DNA from: Myxococcota bacterium
GTDB taxonomy: Bacteria; Myxococcota_A; UBA9160; UBA6930
Length of the DNA: 64,000 nucleotides
Assembly (NCBI GenBank): GCA_965223705.1
Contig: OZ245015.1
Coordinates: forward strand, 768,001 to 832,000
Reading direction: 5' to 3'
Shown here: positions 29,233 to 38,397 of the stretch, in pieces
How positions within the stretch are numbered: position 1 is the first letter of the stretch
Layout: every line of letters begins with the position of its first letter
Made by a program: the position numbers and the translations under genes
Notes under the pieces: model-generated
Told to the model about the DNA's origin: nothing
Database searches by the model: none
What the model saw: the letters and a program-made list of their open reading frames with translations, nothing else

Positions 29233-30075
29233 ATGACCGAGACGCTCGAGCTGTTGGCACTCGATGTCGACGGAACCCTCGCGGCACGGGGCAACGATGT
29301 GAGCCCGGCGACGGTGTCGGCGCTGCGGCACTTGGCCGCCACGGGTATGCACATCGCCCTGTGCACGGGCCGTCGCTACCGCAGCGCGCGTCCAATTCTC
29401 AACGCCGTGGATCTACAACTTCACGCCGTCTGCTTAGGCGGTGCACTCGTCAAGAATCCCGAAGGAAACTCCATCGCATCGACGCGGTTTTCCCCACACA
29501 GCTTCGCGAAGCTCGCGGGCTTGATTCGCGAGCAAGGGCAAGCGGTGATCGCACAGTGCGACGACGCGACTTACGATTTTGCGATCGACGGTTCTGTCGC
29601 GTGGAACTCCGAAACCGCCTTGTACCACCGCATCAACGAGGCGCACGCGGAATGGCGAGCCACCCTGTACGCCGAAGAGCGGGACGATGTCCTCGTGGTC
29701 GGGAGTTTCGGCTCACACGCACAGATGAGTGAGCTGCGACAGACGATCTTGGGGGTATTCCCAGACGAGTACACCGTCCACGTCCTCCGCAGTGTGGGGC
29801 CCGACGCCTGGTACTGCGAAGTGCTGCGCCGCGGAATCGACAAGTGGACCGGCCTATCGCAACTGATCGACCATTTCGGACTGAATCCCGAGCAGGTGTG
29901 CGCTGCCGGCGACGAACTGAACGACGTGCCGGTGTTGCGCCAGGTAGGTCTGGGGGTCGCGATGGCCAACGCCCGGGAAGAACTCAAGGAAATCGCTCAT
30001 CGCGTCGTCGGGTCGTGCGACGGCGACGGGTTGGTGCCCCTGCTCGAGGAACTCGCAGCCGGGCGTTCTTCCTAG
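29233..30075 (+). CDS. Cof-type HAD-IIB hydrolase
   Basis: DVDGTL, CTGR, DK, GDELND and AMANA motifs. Confidence 0.88.
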   Translation: MTETLELLALDVDGTLAARGNDVSPATVSALRHLAATGMHIALCTGRRYRSARPILNAVDLQLHAVCLGGALVKNPEGNSIASTRFSPHSFAKLAGLIREQGQAVIAQCDDATYDFAIDGSVAWNSETALYHRINEAHAEWRATLYAEERDDVLVVGSFGSHAQMSELRQTILGVFPDEYTVHVLRSVGPDAWYCEVLRRGIDKWTGLSQLIDHFGLNPEQVCAAGDELNDVPVLRQVGLGVAMANAREELKEIAHRVVGSCDGDGLVPLLEELAAGRSS

Positions 30076-30977
30076 GAGCGCCGCCGCTCCTCCAGTTCCT
30101 CGAGGGTCCGGGGCCAGTCCTTTTTCAAAAGACGCGACAGGGCGCGGTCGGCGAGGAGTTTCCCGCCGGTTTGGCACGTCGCACAGTAGTTCGTCTCGCG
30201 ACTCGCGTAGACGATGCGTTGAACGGGATCTCCGCATCGCGGGCACGGCTTTCCGAAACGCCCGTGCACCGCCATGTCTTTTCGGAATGCGGTGACTTTT
30301 TCCGGGAAGCCTCTGCCCACTTCCTCGCGCATGCGGTCGGTGAAGGCGACGAGGGTCGCCGGAATCGCTTCGAAGAGGCGGTCGATCTCGGTGTCCTCGA
30401 GACGCTGACTGAGCTTCACGGGGGAGAGTTCCGCCGCGTGGAGAATCTCGTCGGAGTAAGCGTTGCCGATTCCGGAGAACATCCGCGGATCGGAGAGGCA
30501 CCGCTTCAGCGTGTGGTTCTCCGCAGTGAGCGCGCGCCCGAACGCCTCCCGCGACATCTCGAGGGGCTCGAGGCCGCCGGGGTCGTGGGCGCGCATCTCC
30601 TCCTCCGATCCGGCGACGTAGAGGGAGGCACGCTTCTTCGTGCCCGCCTCCGTCATCGTCAAATACCCCGAAGCGAACTGGAAGCGCGCGTGCTCCGCCC
30701 GAGAGCCGCGACCCGGTTTCGCCCGACCGTCGCGGTAGCGAAGGCGCCCCGCGATCATCAGATGAATCACAAGCCAGCGATCGTTCGAGAAGCCCAGCGC
30801 GATGCGCTTGCCGAGGCGTTCGACGCGCTCGGCTTCGGTCCCTTCGACGGCGGATAACGGTGGGTCGACGCTCCGAAGAAACGACGGCGAAAAGACGCTG
30901 GCCCGGAGGAGGGTCTCGCCGATGACGCGACGGCGGAGCGCCTCCACGTAGACCGTGATGTCCGGAAACTCGGGCAT
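30072..30977 (-). CDS. Fpg/Nei family DNA glycosylase/AP lyase
   Basis: N-terminal MPEFP, HLMIAG, GIGNAYSDE H2TH motif and CPRC...CATCQ zinc finger. Confidence 0.9.
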   Translation of the reverse strand: MPEFPDITVYVEALRRRVIGETLLRASVFSPSFLRSVDPPLSAVEGTEAERVERLGKRIALGFSNDRWLVIHLMIAGRLRYRDGRAKPGRGSRAEHARFQFASGYLTMTEAGTKKRASLYVAGSEEEMRAHDPGGLEPLEMSREAFGRALTAENHTLKRCLSDPRMFSGIGNAYSDEILHAAELSPVKLSQRLEDTEIDRLFEAIPATLVAFTDRMREEVGRGFPEKVTAFRKDMAVHGRFGKPCPRCGDPVQRIVYASRETNYCATCQTGGKLLADRALSRLLKKDWPRTLEELEERRRS

Positions 30978-30995
30978 CGTCCTAGCGTCGCATAC

Positions 30996-32027
30996 TCACG
31001 CGGCGCAGACGTAGTCCCGAGTCTCCAGGTAGCCACGAGCATCGAGGTGACGGCGGATCTGCGCTCGTGCGGAAAGCCCCGAGACCGCAGCAATCACCCG
31101 GACTCCGTCGGGCCGCTCCGGGAGTGCGTCGGGGCCGATGACGGGAGCGCCCGCGATCTGCCGGCCGATTCTCCGCGGGTGGACTTCGATGATTCGGGTC
31201 GGCCTCCGGCCGAGGGCGCGCAGCGCTTTCGCCAAGGCGCGCGCCGTCGGGCCATACCCCCACAACGCGTAGTCGTGTCGCTCGCGCAGAATCCCCGAGG
31301 CGAGGAAGTGCGCTTTGCAAGCGGTGAACTGCGCTCCGTTGTAGCGCGGATCGCTCCGCGACAAACCCGCCGGGCCTTGGCGCCACCCGAGGAGACGGCG
31401 CGATACCACGCCGAGCTTCAGGCCGCCGGCGAGGGCGCGCAAAACGAGGTCGTAGTCCTCGGGCCACGGCGTTTCGCGGTAGCCGAGTCGTCGGAGGACT
31501 TCCGTTCGTATCAGCAAGGACGGGTGGGCGATCGGGCATTCGACGAAGGCCTCGGCCCGGACATCGTCCGGGGACGCGATGGCGTTGAGCCACGCCTCGT
31601 AGCGTCGGCGGCCCTCCGTCAGATCCCGGCGGGGGAACATCCGTACGTGGCAACCCAAACCGGAGAGCTCGGGATCGGCCAGGAGCTCCCCCCGCTGCAA
31701 GGCGAGACGGTCGCGATGCATCCAATCGTCCGCGTCCATACGTGCGACGAACGCGCCCCGCGCCCTGGCGACTCCAAAGGCTAGAGCACCGACGATTCCC
31801 GCGGCCGGCCTTTGGAACACCCGAAAGCGCGGGTCGCGCCGGGCGAAGCTCGATGCGATCTCGAAGCTACCGTCGGTCGACCCGTCGTCGATGACCAAGC
31901 ACTCCAAGCGCCGAAGGCTCTGACGCTCGACGCTCCGCAGAGCGGTTTCGAGGGTGCGAGCGCCATCCCTCACCGGTAGGACGACGCTTACGACGTCCGA
32001 CGGGAGCCTGGTATCCTCGGTCTCCAT
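30996..32027 (-). CDS. GT2 family glycosyltransferase
   Basis: SVVLPVRD, IDDGSTD, RMDADD and EDYDL motifs; start uncertain. Confidence 0.88.
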   Translation of the reverse strand: METEDTRLPSDVVSVVLPVRDGARTLETALRSVERQSLRRLECLVIDDGSTDGSFEIASSFARRDPRFRVFQRPAAGIVGALAFGVARARGAFVARMDADDWMHRDRLALQRGELLADPELSGLGCHVRMFPRRDLTEGRRRYEAWLNAIASPDDVRAEAFVECPIAHPSLLIRTEVLRRLGYRETPWPEDYDLVLRALAGGLKLGVVSRRLLGWRQGPAGLSRSDPRYNGAQFTACKAHFLASGILRERHDYALWGYGPTARALAKALRALGRRPTRIIEVHPRRIGRQIAGAPVIGPDALPERPDGVRVIAAVSGLSARAQIRRHLDARGYLETRDYVCAA

Positions 32028-32478
32028 GCGCCGCACCCCCATCGGAACGTTCATCGGCCTAGCCGTCGCCCTGTTTCTCTACAACCAGATGAATTCGAGC
32101 TCCGGCCAGACTACGCCGGAGCCTTTCGACCCGAATGTCTCCGGGCCGGTCGTGACCGGCGTCCAGCAAGCGTACCTGCAGAAAGCCTCCGGAGTTCTGG
32201 TCGAGGAGACCGGTGTCGTCGACCGGGTGCTCGAGGACGATCTCGAAGGCTCGCGACATCAGCGCTTCGTCGTCCGCCTGCGAGACGACCACACGATCTT
32301 GATCGCCCACAACATCGATCTTGCCCCGCGGGTCCCGCTCGAGAAGGGCGATCCGGTCCGCTTTTTCGGCGAGTTTGAGTGGAATCCGCGCGGCGGCGTC
32401 GTCCACTGGACTCACCGAGACCCCCAGCGACGCCGCCCCGGAGGCTGGATCGACCACGATGGGGAGCGGTACCAATAA
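32026..32478 (+). CDS. DUF3465-like membrane-anchored protein
   Basis: N-terminal hydrophobic helix; DDLEGSRHQRF, AHNIDLAPR and GGVVHWTHRDP motifs. Confidence 0.8.
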   Translation: MRRTPIGTFIGLAVALFLYNQMNSSSGQTTPEPFDPNVSGPVVTGVQQAYLQKASGVLVEETGVVDRVLEDDLEGSRHQRFVVRLRDDHTILIAHNIDLAPRVPLEKGDPVRFFGEFEWNPRGGVVHWTHRDPQRRRPGGWIDHDGERYQ

Positions 32479-32546
32479 GCGGTCGTCGGCCCCCGGTGCG
32501 GAGCCAGGAGACGCGCCCTCACCACAAAAATTGCTATTGGTTCTGT

Positions 32547-33788
32547 GTGCGCGCGCGATGGCTGGGAATCGTTGCAGCCGCTCTGTTGTTGACCCTCCCC
32601 CCAGGTACTTCACGCGGCGACGAAGAGCCGGACGACGCGAGGCCCGTGTCGCCCGCCGCTGGTCCTGCGAGTTCCGATTCGGTGACAGGCATCACCGATG
32701 CTCCTGACACCGGCGGTGTAATTTCCTCACAGCGATGGGAGGCGGCAACGCTCCTCGGCCACGACGTCGCGCCGGGCGACCGGCGGCGTCTGATCCTCCG
32801 TGCGAGTGAGTCGTTCGCTGGCGCTTCCGTCGAAATACCCGTGCTGGCGATTCGAGGACTGACTCCGGGTCCGACACTCTGCCTTACAGCGGGCATACAC
32901 GGCGACGAGCTCAACGGCGTCGAAATCGTTCGACACGTGTTCGAACATCAGAAGCCGAAAGAGCTGTCGGGGATGTTGGTGGGGATCCCCGTGGTGAACT
33001 TACATGGCTTTCGGCGCAGCTCGCGCTATCTGCCCGATCGACGCGATTTGAACCGGTATTTCCCCGGCCATCCCGCGGGAAGTTCGGCGTCACGCATCGC
33101 CAACAACGTCTTCGAAAACGTGGTGAGCGCGTGCGACTACCTCGTGGATCTCCACACCGGGTCTTTTCACCGGAGTAACCTCCCCCAGCTGCGCGCGAAT
33201 CTCGACGACCCGCGCCTCCGCGACATGGCGCTGGCGTTCGGGATCGGTGTCGTCGTCCACAGTCGAGGCGCCGTGGGCACGCTGCGGCGCGCCGCCACCG
33301 ACGCCGGCATTGCGGCGGTCACGTACGAAGCCGGCGAACCGATGCGATTCCACGGAAGGGAAATCGACCGCGGGGTCGAGGGCCTGCACTACCTGCTCGC
33401 CTCCCTCGGGATGACCAGCGGCGCGAAGCCCGATGAGGACGCCGATCAGCGACTGTTCTTTCGCTCGCGCTGGGTGCGCGTCAACGACGGCGGCATTTTC
33501 ATCACGAGCAGCGAGCTCGGGGATTCTGTCGAAGTCGGCGATGTCCTGGGGACCGTGACCGATCCGATTTCGAACGAGCGCACGAAGATCATCGCGCCCA
33601 CCAGCGGCCGCATCATCGGGATGGCGTTCTCCCAGGTGGTCATCCCCGGATTCGCCGCGTTCCATATTGGAATCGAAGGCGGCCGCCTCCCCGACGTCGC
33701 GGCGGCCCCGCGCGAACCGGTCGTTCCACCGGTTTCCCACGAGCCGTCAGCGGATCCCGACGAACTTCACGAGCACCTGGACGAATGA
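32547..33788 (+). CDS. Exported succinylglutamate desuccinylase/aspartoacylase (M14-like) peptidase
   Basis: Signal-like N-terminus; HGDELNG, DLNRYFPG, DLHTG and YEAG motifs. Confidence 0.85.
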   Translation: MRARWLGIVAAALLLTLPPGTSRGDEEPDDARPVSPAAGPASSDSVTGITDAPDTGGVISSQRWEAATLLGHDVAPGDRRRLILRASESFAGASVEIPVLAIRGLTPGPTLCLTAGIHGDELNGVEIVRHVFEHQKPKELSGMLVGIPVVNLHGFRRSSRYLPDRRDLNRYFPGHPAGSSASRIANNVFENVVSACDYLVDLHTGSFHRSNLPQLRANLDDPRLRDMALAFGIGVVVHSRGAVGTLRRAATDAGIAAVTYEAGEPMRFHGREIDRGVEGLHYLLASLGMTSGAKPDEDADQRLFFRSRWVRVNDGGIFITSSELGDSVEVGDVLGTVTDPISNERTKIIAPTSGRIIGMAFSQVVIPGFAAFHIGIEGGRLPDVAAAPREPVVPPVSHEPSADPDELHEHLDE

Positions 33789-35368
33789 CCCGCAGCGTCG
33801 TGATCATCGGGGCCGTTCTCGTGACGGCGGCGCTGGCATTGGTGCTGGTGAAGGTGCTCGTGTACGAGCTTCCCTTGGTGCCCGCAGACACCCGGGGCAT
33901 GTGGCAGGTTGAAACACGCATCACCCTGCGCGGAAACGACCGCGCCGGGAGTGTCACGGCGATGTTGCCGCCGTCCGATGCATCCCAAGTGATCTTCGAT
34001 GAGCACGCGACGACCGCCGATCTCGAATTTTCCGTCCGCGATCGAGACGCCGGACGCTTTGGCGTCTGGCAGGGTCGCATCGGCAACGTCGAAGAGATCG
34101 CGTACGAGTTCCGGGTTCAGACCCTCGCGTCCCGAAGTCAGCTGCCCGGAGGCGAGTATCAAGCTCCTCCGCCGCGTGTCGTGGCCGCGTTTTCCGGCTC
34201 CGATTTCGAGTTGGGGACGGGGCCGCCGGAAGTCCAGACCGTGCTGTCTCAGCTCACTCTTCCCGGGCCGACGGATGTCGCGGCGCGCTTGCGGACCATT
34301 CTCGCTTTCGTAGCGAACGAGATCGCTGTGGCGCCCACGGCCGGTGACGACGCACTGCTGACCCTCGCCCAACGCGAGGGAAGCGCCGAAGGCAAAGAGC
34401 GGTTGTTGGTTCTGCTGTTGCGCGCGGCGGGAATTCCCGCGCGAAGCGTGCGCGGGCTCGCATTGCGCGAAGACCTTCCGCCCGAAGAAATTCTCTGGAG
34501 CGAGGCTTGGGTCAACGGTTCGATCGTTCCGATCTCCGCCGCGCACAACATCATCGGCGACCGACCGGCGGAATGGATCGCGTTCGGGAGCGGGGGAGAC
34601 ACGCTGATCGCAGCGACCGGAGTCCGCGCCGTGGGGCACAGTCACCGAGCCCTTCGCGAGCAATTGCGACCCGAAGAAATCGCAGCCCTGATGGCGCCGG
34701 CCAACCCGATCCTCGCGAAGTTGTCGCTCTACCGATTGCCGGTTCCCACACAGTCCGCACTTCGGGTACTCCTGCTGCTTCCGGTAGGTGCGCTCGCCGT
34801 CGCGATCTTTCGAAACCTCGTCGGAATTCCCACCTTCGGCACATTCATGCCGGTGCTGATCGCGTTGGCCTTGCGCGGGACATCCCTCGTTCAAGGGCTC
34901 CTGTTGGTGGCGCTCGTGATGGCGGTCGGCGTCTTTGGGCGCCTCGCTCTCGATCGCCTTCGCCTGTTGATGGTGCCGCGGCTCGCGATCTTGCTCTGTC
35001 TCGTGGTGCTCGCCGCGACCGGGCTCGCATTGGCCGGCGAGTCGTTCGGCAGTCGCGACTTATTTTCGGCCGTGCTGTTTCCGATCGTGATCCTCACGAT
35101 GCTGGTCGAACGGTTCTCCGTGGCGATGGTGGAAGAGGGCGCGCGCGAGGCGTTTACGCAAGCGGGCTACTCCGTGCTCGTCGCGGTCGCGATCTACCCC
35201 GTCTTCCGCAGCGATCTCGCCGAACACTTGATGTTCTCCTTCCCCGAGCTCGTACTCCTCATCACGGGCCTGTTGGTCTGGATCGGCGGCTACGCCGGCT
35301 ATCGGCTCGCCGACCTGATTCGCTTTCGCGAGCTGTCCAAGAATCTCGCGACGGAGGTTCCGGATTGA
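33785..35368 (+). CDS. Inactive transglutaminase + 7TM domain membrane protein
   Basis: AGIPARSVRGL transglutaminase-like region with no catalytic Cys seen; GIPTFGTFMPVLIALA, FPIVIL..LVER and GYRL.DL.RF 7TM motifs. Confidence 0.85.
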   Translation: MTRSVVIIGAVLVTAALALVLVKVLVYELPLVPADTRGMWQVETRITLRGNDRAGSVTAMLPPSDASQVIFDEHATTADLEFSVRDRDAGRFGVWQGRIGNVEEIAYEFRVQTLASRSQLPGGEYQAPPPRVVAAFSGSDFELGTGPPEVQTVLSQLTLPGPTDVAARLRTILAFVANEIAVAPTAGDDALLTLAQREGSAEGKERLLVLLLRAAGIPARSVRGLALREDLPPEEILWSEAWVNGSIVPISAAHNIIGDRPAEWIAFGSGGDTLIAATGVRAVGHSHRALREQLRPEEIAALMAPANPILAKLSLYRLPVPTQSALRVLLLLPVGALAVAIFRNLVGIPTFGTFMPVLIALALRGTSLVQGLLLVALVMAVGVFGRLALDRLRLLMVPRLAILLCLVVLAATGLALAGESFGSRDLFSAVLFPIVILTMLVERFSVAMVEEGAREAFTQAGYSVLVAVAIYPVFRSDLAEHLMFSFPELVLLITGLLVWIGGYAGYRLADLIRFRELSKNLATEVPD

Positions 35369-36321
35369 TACTCAGGACCCTCCGACGCGCCGGGATCCTC
35401 GGTGTGAACCGCCGCAACCGCGACTATCTACTCCGCTGCAACGAGCGGCGTTTGTTCCCCTTGGTCGACAACAAGCTCTCGACCAAAGCGCTGTGCGAGA
35501 AGGCCGGAATCCCCGTTCCTCGAACCTTGGCCGTTGCAAAGCACCATTTCGAGATCGCGCCGCTGGTCGCGAAGCTGTCGACCGAGGACAGCTTCGTGCT
35601 GAAGCCGGCCCGCGGCGCGATGGGCAACGGGATCACGGTCATTATCGGTCGCGACGGAGACGCCTGGCTCCGCTCCGGAGGGCGAACGTTTGCGGCGGAT
35701 CAGCTCGCCTACCAAGCGGCGGGCATCGTGTCGGGGTTGTACGCCCTGGGTGGTCACGCGGACATCGCTTTTGCCGAGGAGCGACTCGTCGCCCACAAAG
35801 CGCTTCGCGAGCTCGGAGACGCGGGCGTCGCGGACCTGCGGGTCATCGTGTACCGAGGCGTCCCGGTGATGGCGATGACGCGTATCCCAACGCGGAGCTC
35901 CGGCGGTCGTGCGAACCTCCACCAGGGAGCCATCGGCGTCGGCGTCGATCTCGGAACCGGGCGCACCGTGCATGCCGTCCGCCACAATCGAGCTCTTCGG
36001 CGCAACCCCGACAGCGGCCAACCGCTGATCGGCCAAGTCATTCCGGATTTCGGGCGGGCGTTGGGGATCGCCGTCGCGGCGACCGACGAGACGGGCCTTC
36101 AGTACGTCGGCGCCGACGTCGTCGTCGACGATCGCTTCGGCCCCGTAATCCTCGAACTCAACGCACGACCCGGTCTGTCGATCCAAGTCGCGAATCAGGC
36201 CGGCTTGTTGCCGCGCCTCGACGCGGTAGACGAACGACGACGCGAGGGTGCGAGCCGAGCCGAGCGCGTTCTCCTGGGCCGCGAGATCGGGCGCGGTTGG
36301 CACGCGAGGCAGGCGGCGTGA
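35365..36321 (+). CDS. Alpha-L-glutamate ligase-like ATP-grasp protein
   Basis: GILGVNRRN, LVDNK, FVLKPARG..G.GI, GRANLHQG and ELNARPGL.IQ; TTGA overlap with upstream gene. Confidence 0.88.
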   Translation: MILRTLRRAGILGVNRRNRDYLLRCNERRLFPLVDNKLSTKALCEKAGIPVPRTLAVAKHHFEIAPLVAKLSTEDSFVLKPARGAMGNGITVIIGRDGDAWLRSGGRTFAADQLAYQAAGIVSGLYALGGHADIAFAEERLVAHKALRELGDAGVADLRVIVYRGVPVMAMTRIPTRSSGGRANLHQGAIGVGVDLGTGRTVHAVRHNRALRRNPDSGQPLIGQVIPDFGRALGIAVAATDETGLQYVGADVVVDDRFGPVILELNARPGLSIQVANQAGLLPRLDAVDERRREGASRAERVLLGREIGRGWHARQAA

Positions 36322-36349
36322 GGGCCGTTTTCTACCTCCGAGGCGTCGG

Positions 36350-37630
36350 ATGAAGTTCCCGCCCCCCTGGAATCCACTCGGGACCGCGATCCTTGTGGCC
36401 CTCGTCGCGGTCGCGTTGGCTCCGTTGCATCAGCACGCGACGGCCGAGCAGGAGACCAGCGAGTACGCCCTCGATTACCGCGTCACGCTGGTTCCGAGTA
36501 AGCGCTCGGCGACCGTGGCCATTCGGGTTGGGCCGGGGGATCTCGTCAACTGGATCCGTCTCGCGATCGATCCGGATCGACACTTCGAGTTCGACGGTGA
36601 CGGAGGGCTCGAGGTGGCGGAGGATTTCGTCCGGTGGGAGCCGCCCGCCGCCGGCGGGACGCTCCGCTATCGCATTCGCATCGATCACGTCCGAGACGAG
36701 GCGACGTACGATGCCCGCTTGACGCCCAACTGGGCGATCTTTCGCGGCGATGATCTGGTGCCGCCCGCTCGGGTCGACACCGTCGGCGTCGCCGAAGCCC
36801 GCGCGACGCTGACCTTCAAGCTGCCCGAAGGTTGGTCGATCGCGGTCCCTTACGAAAAGATCGGGCCCGGTCGCTATCGCATCCAACATCCCCATCGGCG
36901 TTTCGACCGCCCTGTCGGCTGGATGGCGGTCGGCAAACTCGCGATCACCCGCGAACGAGTCGCGGGTACGCGGGTCGCTATCGCCGGACCCGTCGGTCAG
37001 GGGCTTCGCCGACAAGACATTCTCGCGATGATGCGCTGGACCCTGCCGGTGTTGCGCGACGTCACGGGAGGTCTTCCCGACCGCCTCCTCATTGTCGGCG
37101 CCGGCGATCCGATGTGGCGAGGCGGTTTGTCCGGCCCGGCCTCGCTCTTCCTTCACGCGGACCGCCCCATGATCACCACCGACGGGACGAGTCCGCTCCT
37201 CCACGAGCTCGTTCATGCGGTGACCCGTCTGCGCTCCGGCCCGGGGGGCGATTGGATCGTCGAAGGCCTCGCCGAGCTCTATTCCATCGAGCTGTTGGTC
37301 CGTTCGAAATCCATGAGCCGTCGGAGATACGCCAAGGTGCTGCGCAAGCTCGAGAAAAAGGGTTCTGCGGTGCGCAATCTCGAAACGAACCGCTCACACG
37401 GTGCGGTCACGGCGCGCGCCGTCACCGCCCTACACGATCTCGACGAGATGATTCGGGGCGCCACCGAGGACGAGACGAGCCTCGACGATTTAGTTGCGCG
37501 GATGGTGGCAGAGCGAATACCGCTCACCACCGATGGCTTGCGGGCGCACGCCGAGGCGGCGACCGGGAGAGATTTGGGCTCGTTCTTTGCGGCGCTTCCC
37601 CGCCAGCGCGATCTCGCGAACCAGCCTTAG
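36350..37630 (+). CDS. Exported putative zinc metallopeptidase (gluzincin, M1/M61-like)
   Basis: Signal peptide; HELVH followed by WIVEGLAELY third-ligand motif. Confidence 0.65.
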   Translation: MKFPPPWNPLGTAILVALVAVALAPLHQHATAEQETSEYALDYRVTLVPSKRSATVAIRVGPGDLVNWIRLAIDPDRHFEFDGDGGLEVAEDFVRWEPPAAGGTLRYRIRIDHVRDEATYDARLTPNWAIFRGDDLVPPARVDTVGVAEARATLTFKLPEGWSIAVPYEKIGPGRYRIQHPHRRFDRPVGWMAVGKLAITRERVAGTRVAIAGPVGQGLRRQDILAMMRWTLPVLRDVTGGLPDRLLIVGAGDPMWRGGLSGPASLFLHADRPMITTDGTSPLLHELVHAVTRLRSGPGGDWIVEGLAELYSIELLVRSKSMSRRRYAKVLRKLEKKGSAVRNLETNRSHGAVTARAVTALHDLDEMIRGATEDETSLDDLVARMVAERIPLTTDGLRAHAEAATGRDLGSFFAALPRQRDLANQP

Positions 37631-37635
37631 CGGGC

Positions 37636-38277
37636 TCACCGCCAGGCGAACACGGGCTGCTCGAATTCGTGGACTCGGGTGTCGCGCCCCCACACGGCGA
37701 CCTCTCGAAGCTGAAACAGAATCGCCGCTGTCGGAGCGTGTATTTCCGTGCCGAGCATGGGAATCGCGATCACCGATCGCTCGCTTTCGGGGATGCTTTT
37801 CAGAATCGGGACGTCCGGCGCGTCGAGGGTCGCGAGGGGCACCCGGTACGTCGCAGCAACTTCGGTGGGATCGTGCGCGAGGTCGGGGTCGGGCCCGGCC
37901 CATACGACAAAGGGCGTAATGACGAAGCCCGAGCGCGTCGGGTAGTCGTCGAGCTGTCCGAGAACCTGATCGGGATCGAGTCGAAGACCCACCTCCTCGC
38001 GGAGCTCGCGCAAGGCCGCCTCCTCGAGGGTCTCGCCCTCATCGAGTCGCCCGCCCGGTAGAGCCCACTGCCCGGCGTGCCGCCTCAGCTTGGCGGCGCG
38101 TCGGGTGATCAAAAAGCACGCTTCCCCTTCACCGTCGCCGAGCACCACTGCGGCAACCGCCGCCGCTCTTCGGTCGCCCCGCGGTTCCGGTCGTCGTTCG
38201 AAGCGTCCGAGGTTGGCCGTCATGCGGTCTCGCAGCGCGGGTTCAAAGGGATGCCGGTTGACCATTCGGGGAACCAT
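37636..38277 (-). CDS. NUDIX CoA pyrophosphatase (NudL-like)
   Basis: LRRHAGQWALPGG and ALRELREEVG Nudix box. Confidence 0.88.
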   Translation of the reverse strand: MVPRMVNRHPFEPALRDRMTANLGRFERRPEPRGDRRAAAVAAVVLGDGEGEACFLITRRAAKLRRHAGQWALPGGRLDEGETLEEAALRELREEVGLRLDPDQVLGQLDDYPTRSGFVITPFVVWAGPDPDLAHDPTEVAATYRVPLATLDAPDVPILKSIPESERSVIAIPMLGTEIHAPTAAILFQLREVAVWGRDTRVHEFEQPVFAWR

Positions 38278-38397
38278 AGCGGGCCCATGGAGCGAATCGG
38301 TGAGGGAATATTGCCGCACTCACGAATTTCGTCGGTGCTGTCCGCGCCGCGATAAACCCTGCTTCATCGGGTGCGTACAGCGACCGATGTACGAGAG

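Noticed and set aside
21049..30977. Anti-phage defence island (NYN nuclease, DHH phosphoesterase)
   Set aside because: Genes are scattered among housekeeping genes, with no defence partners, mobility genes or visible composition shift
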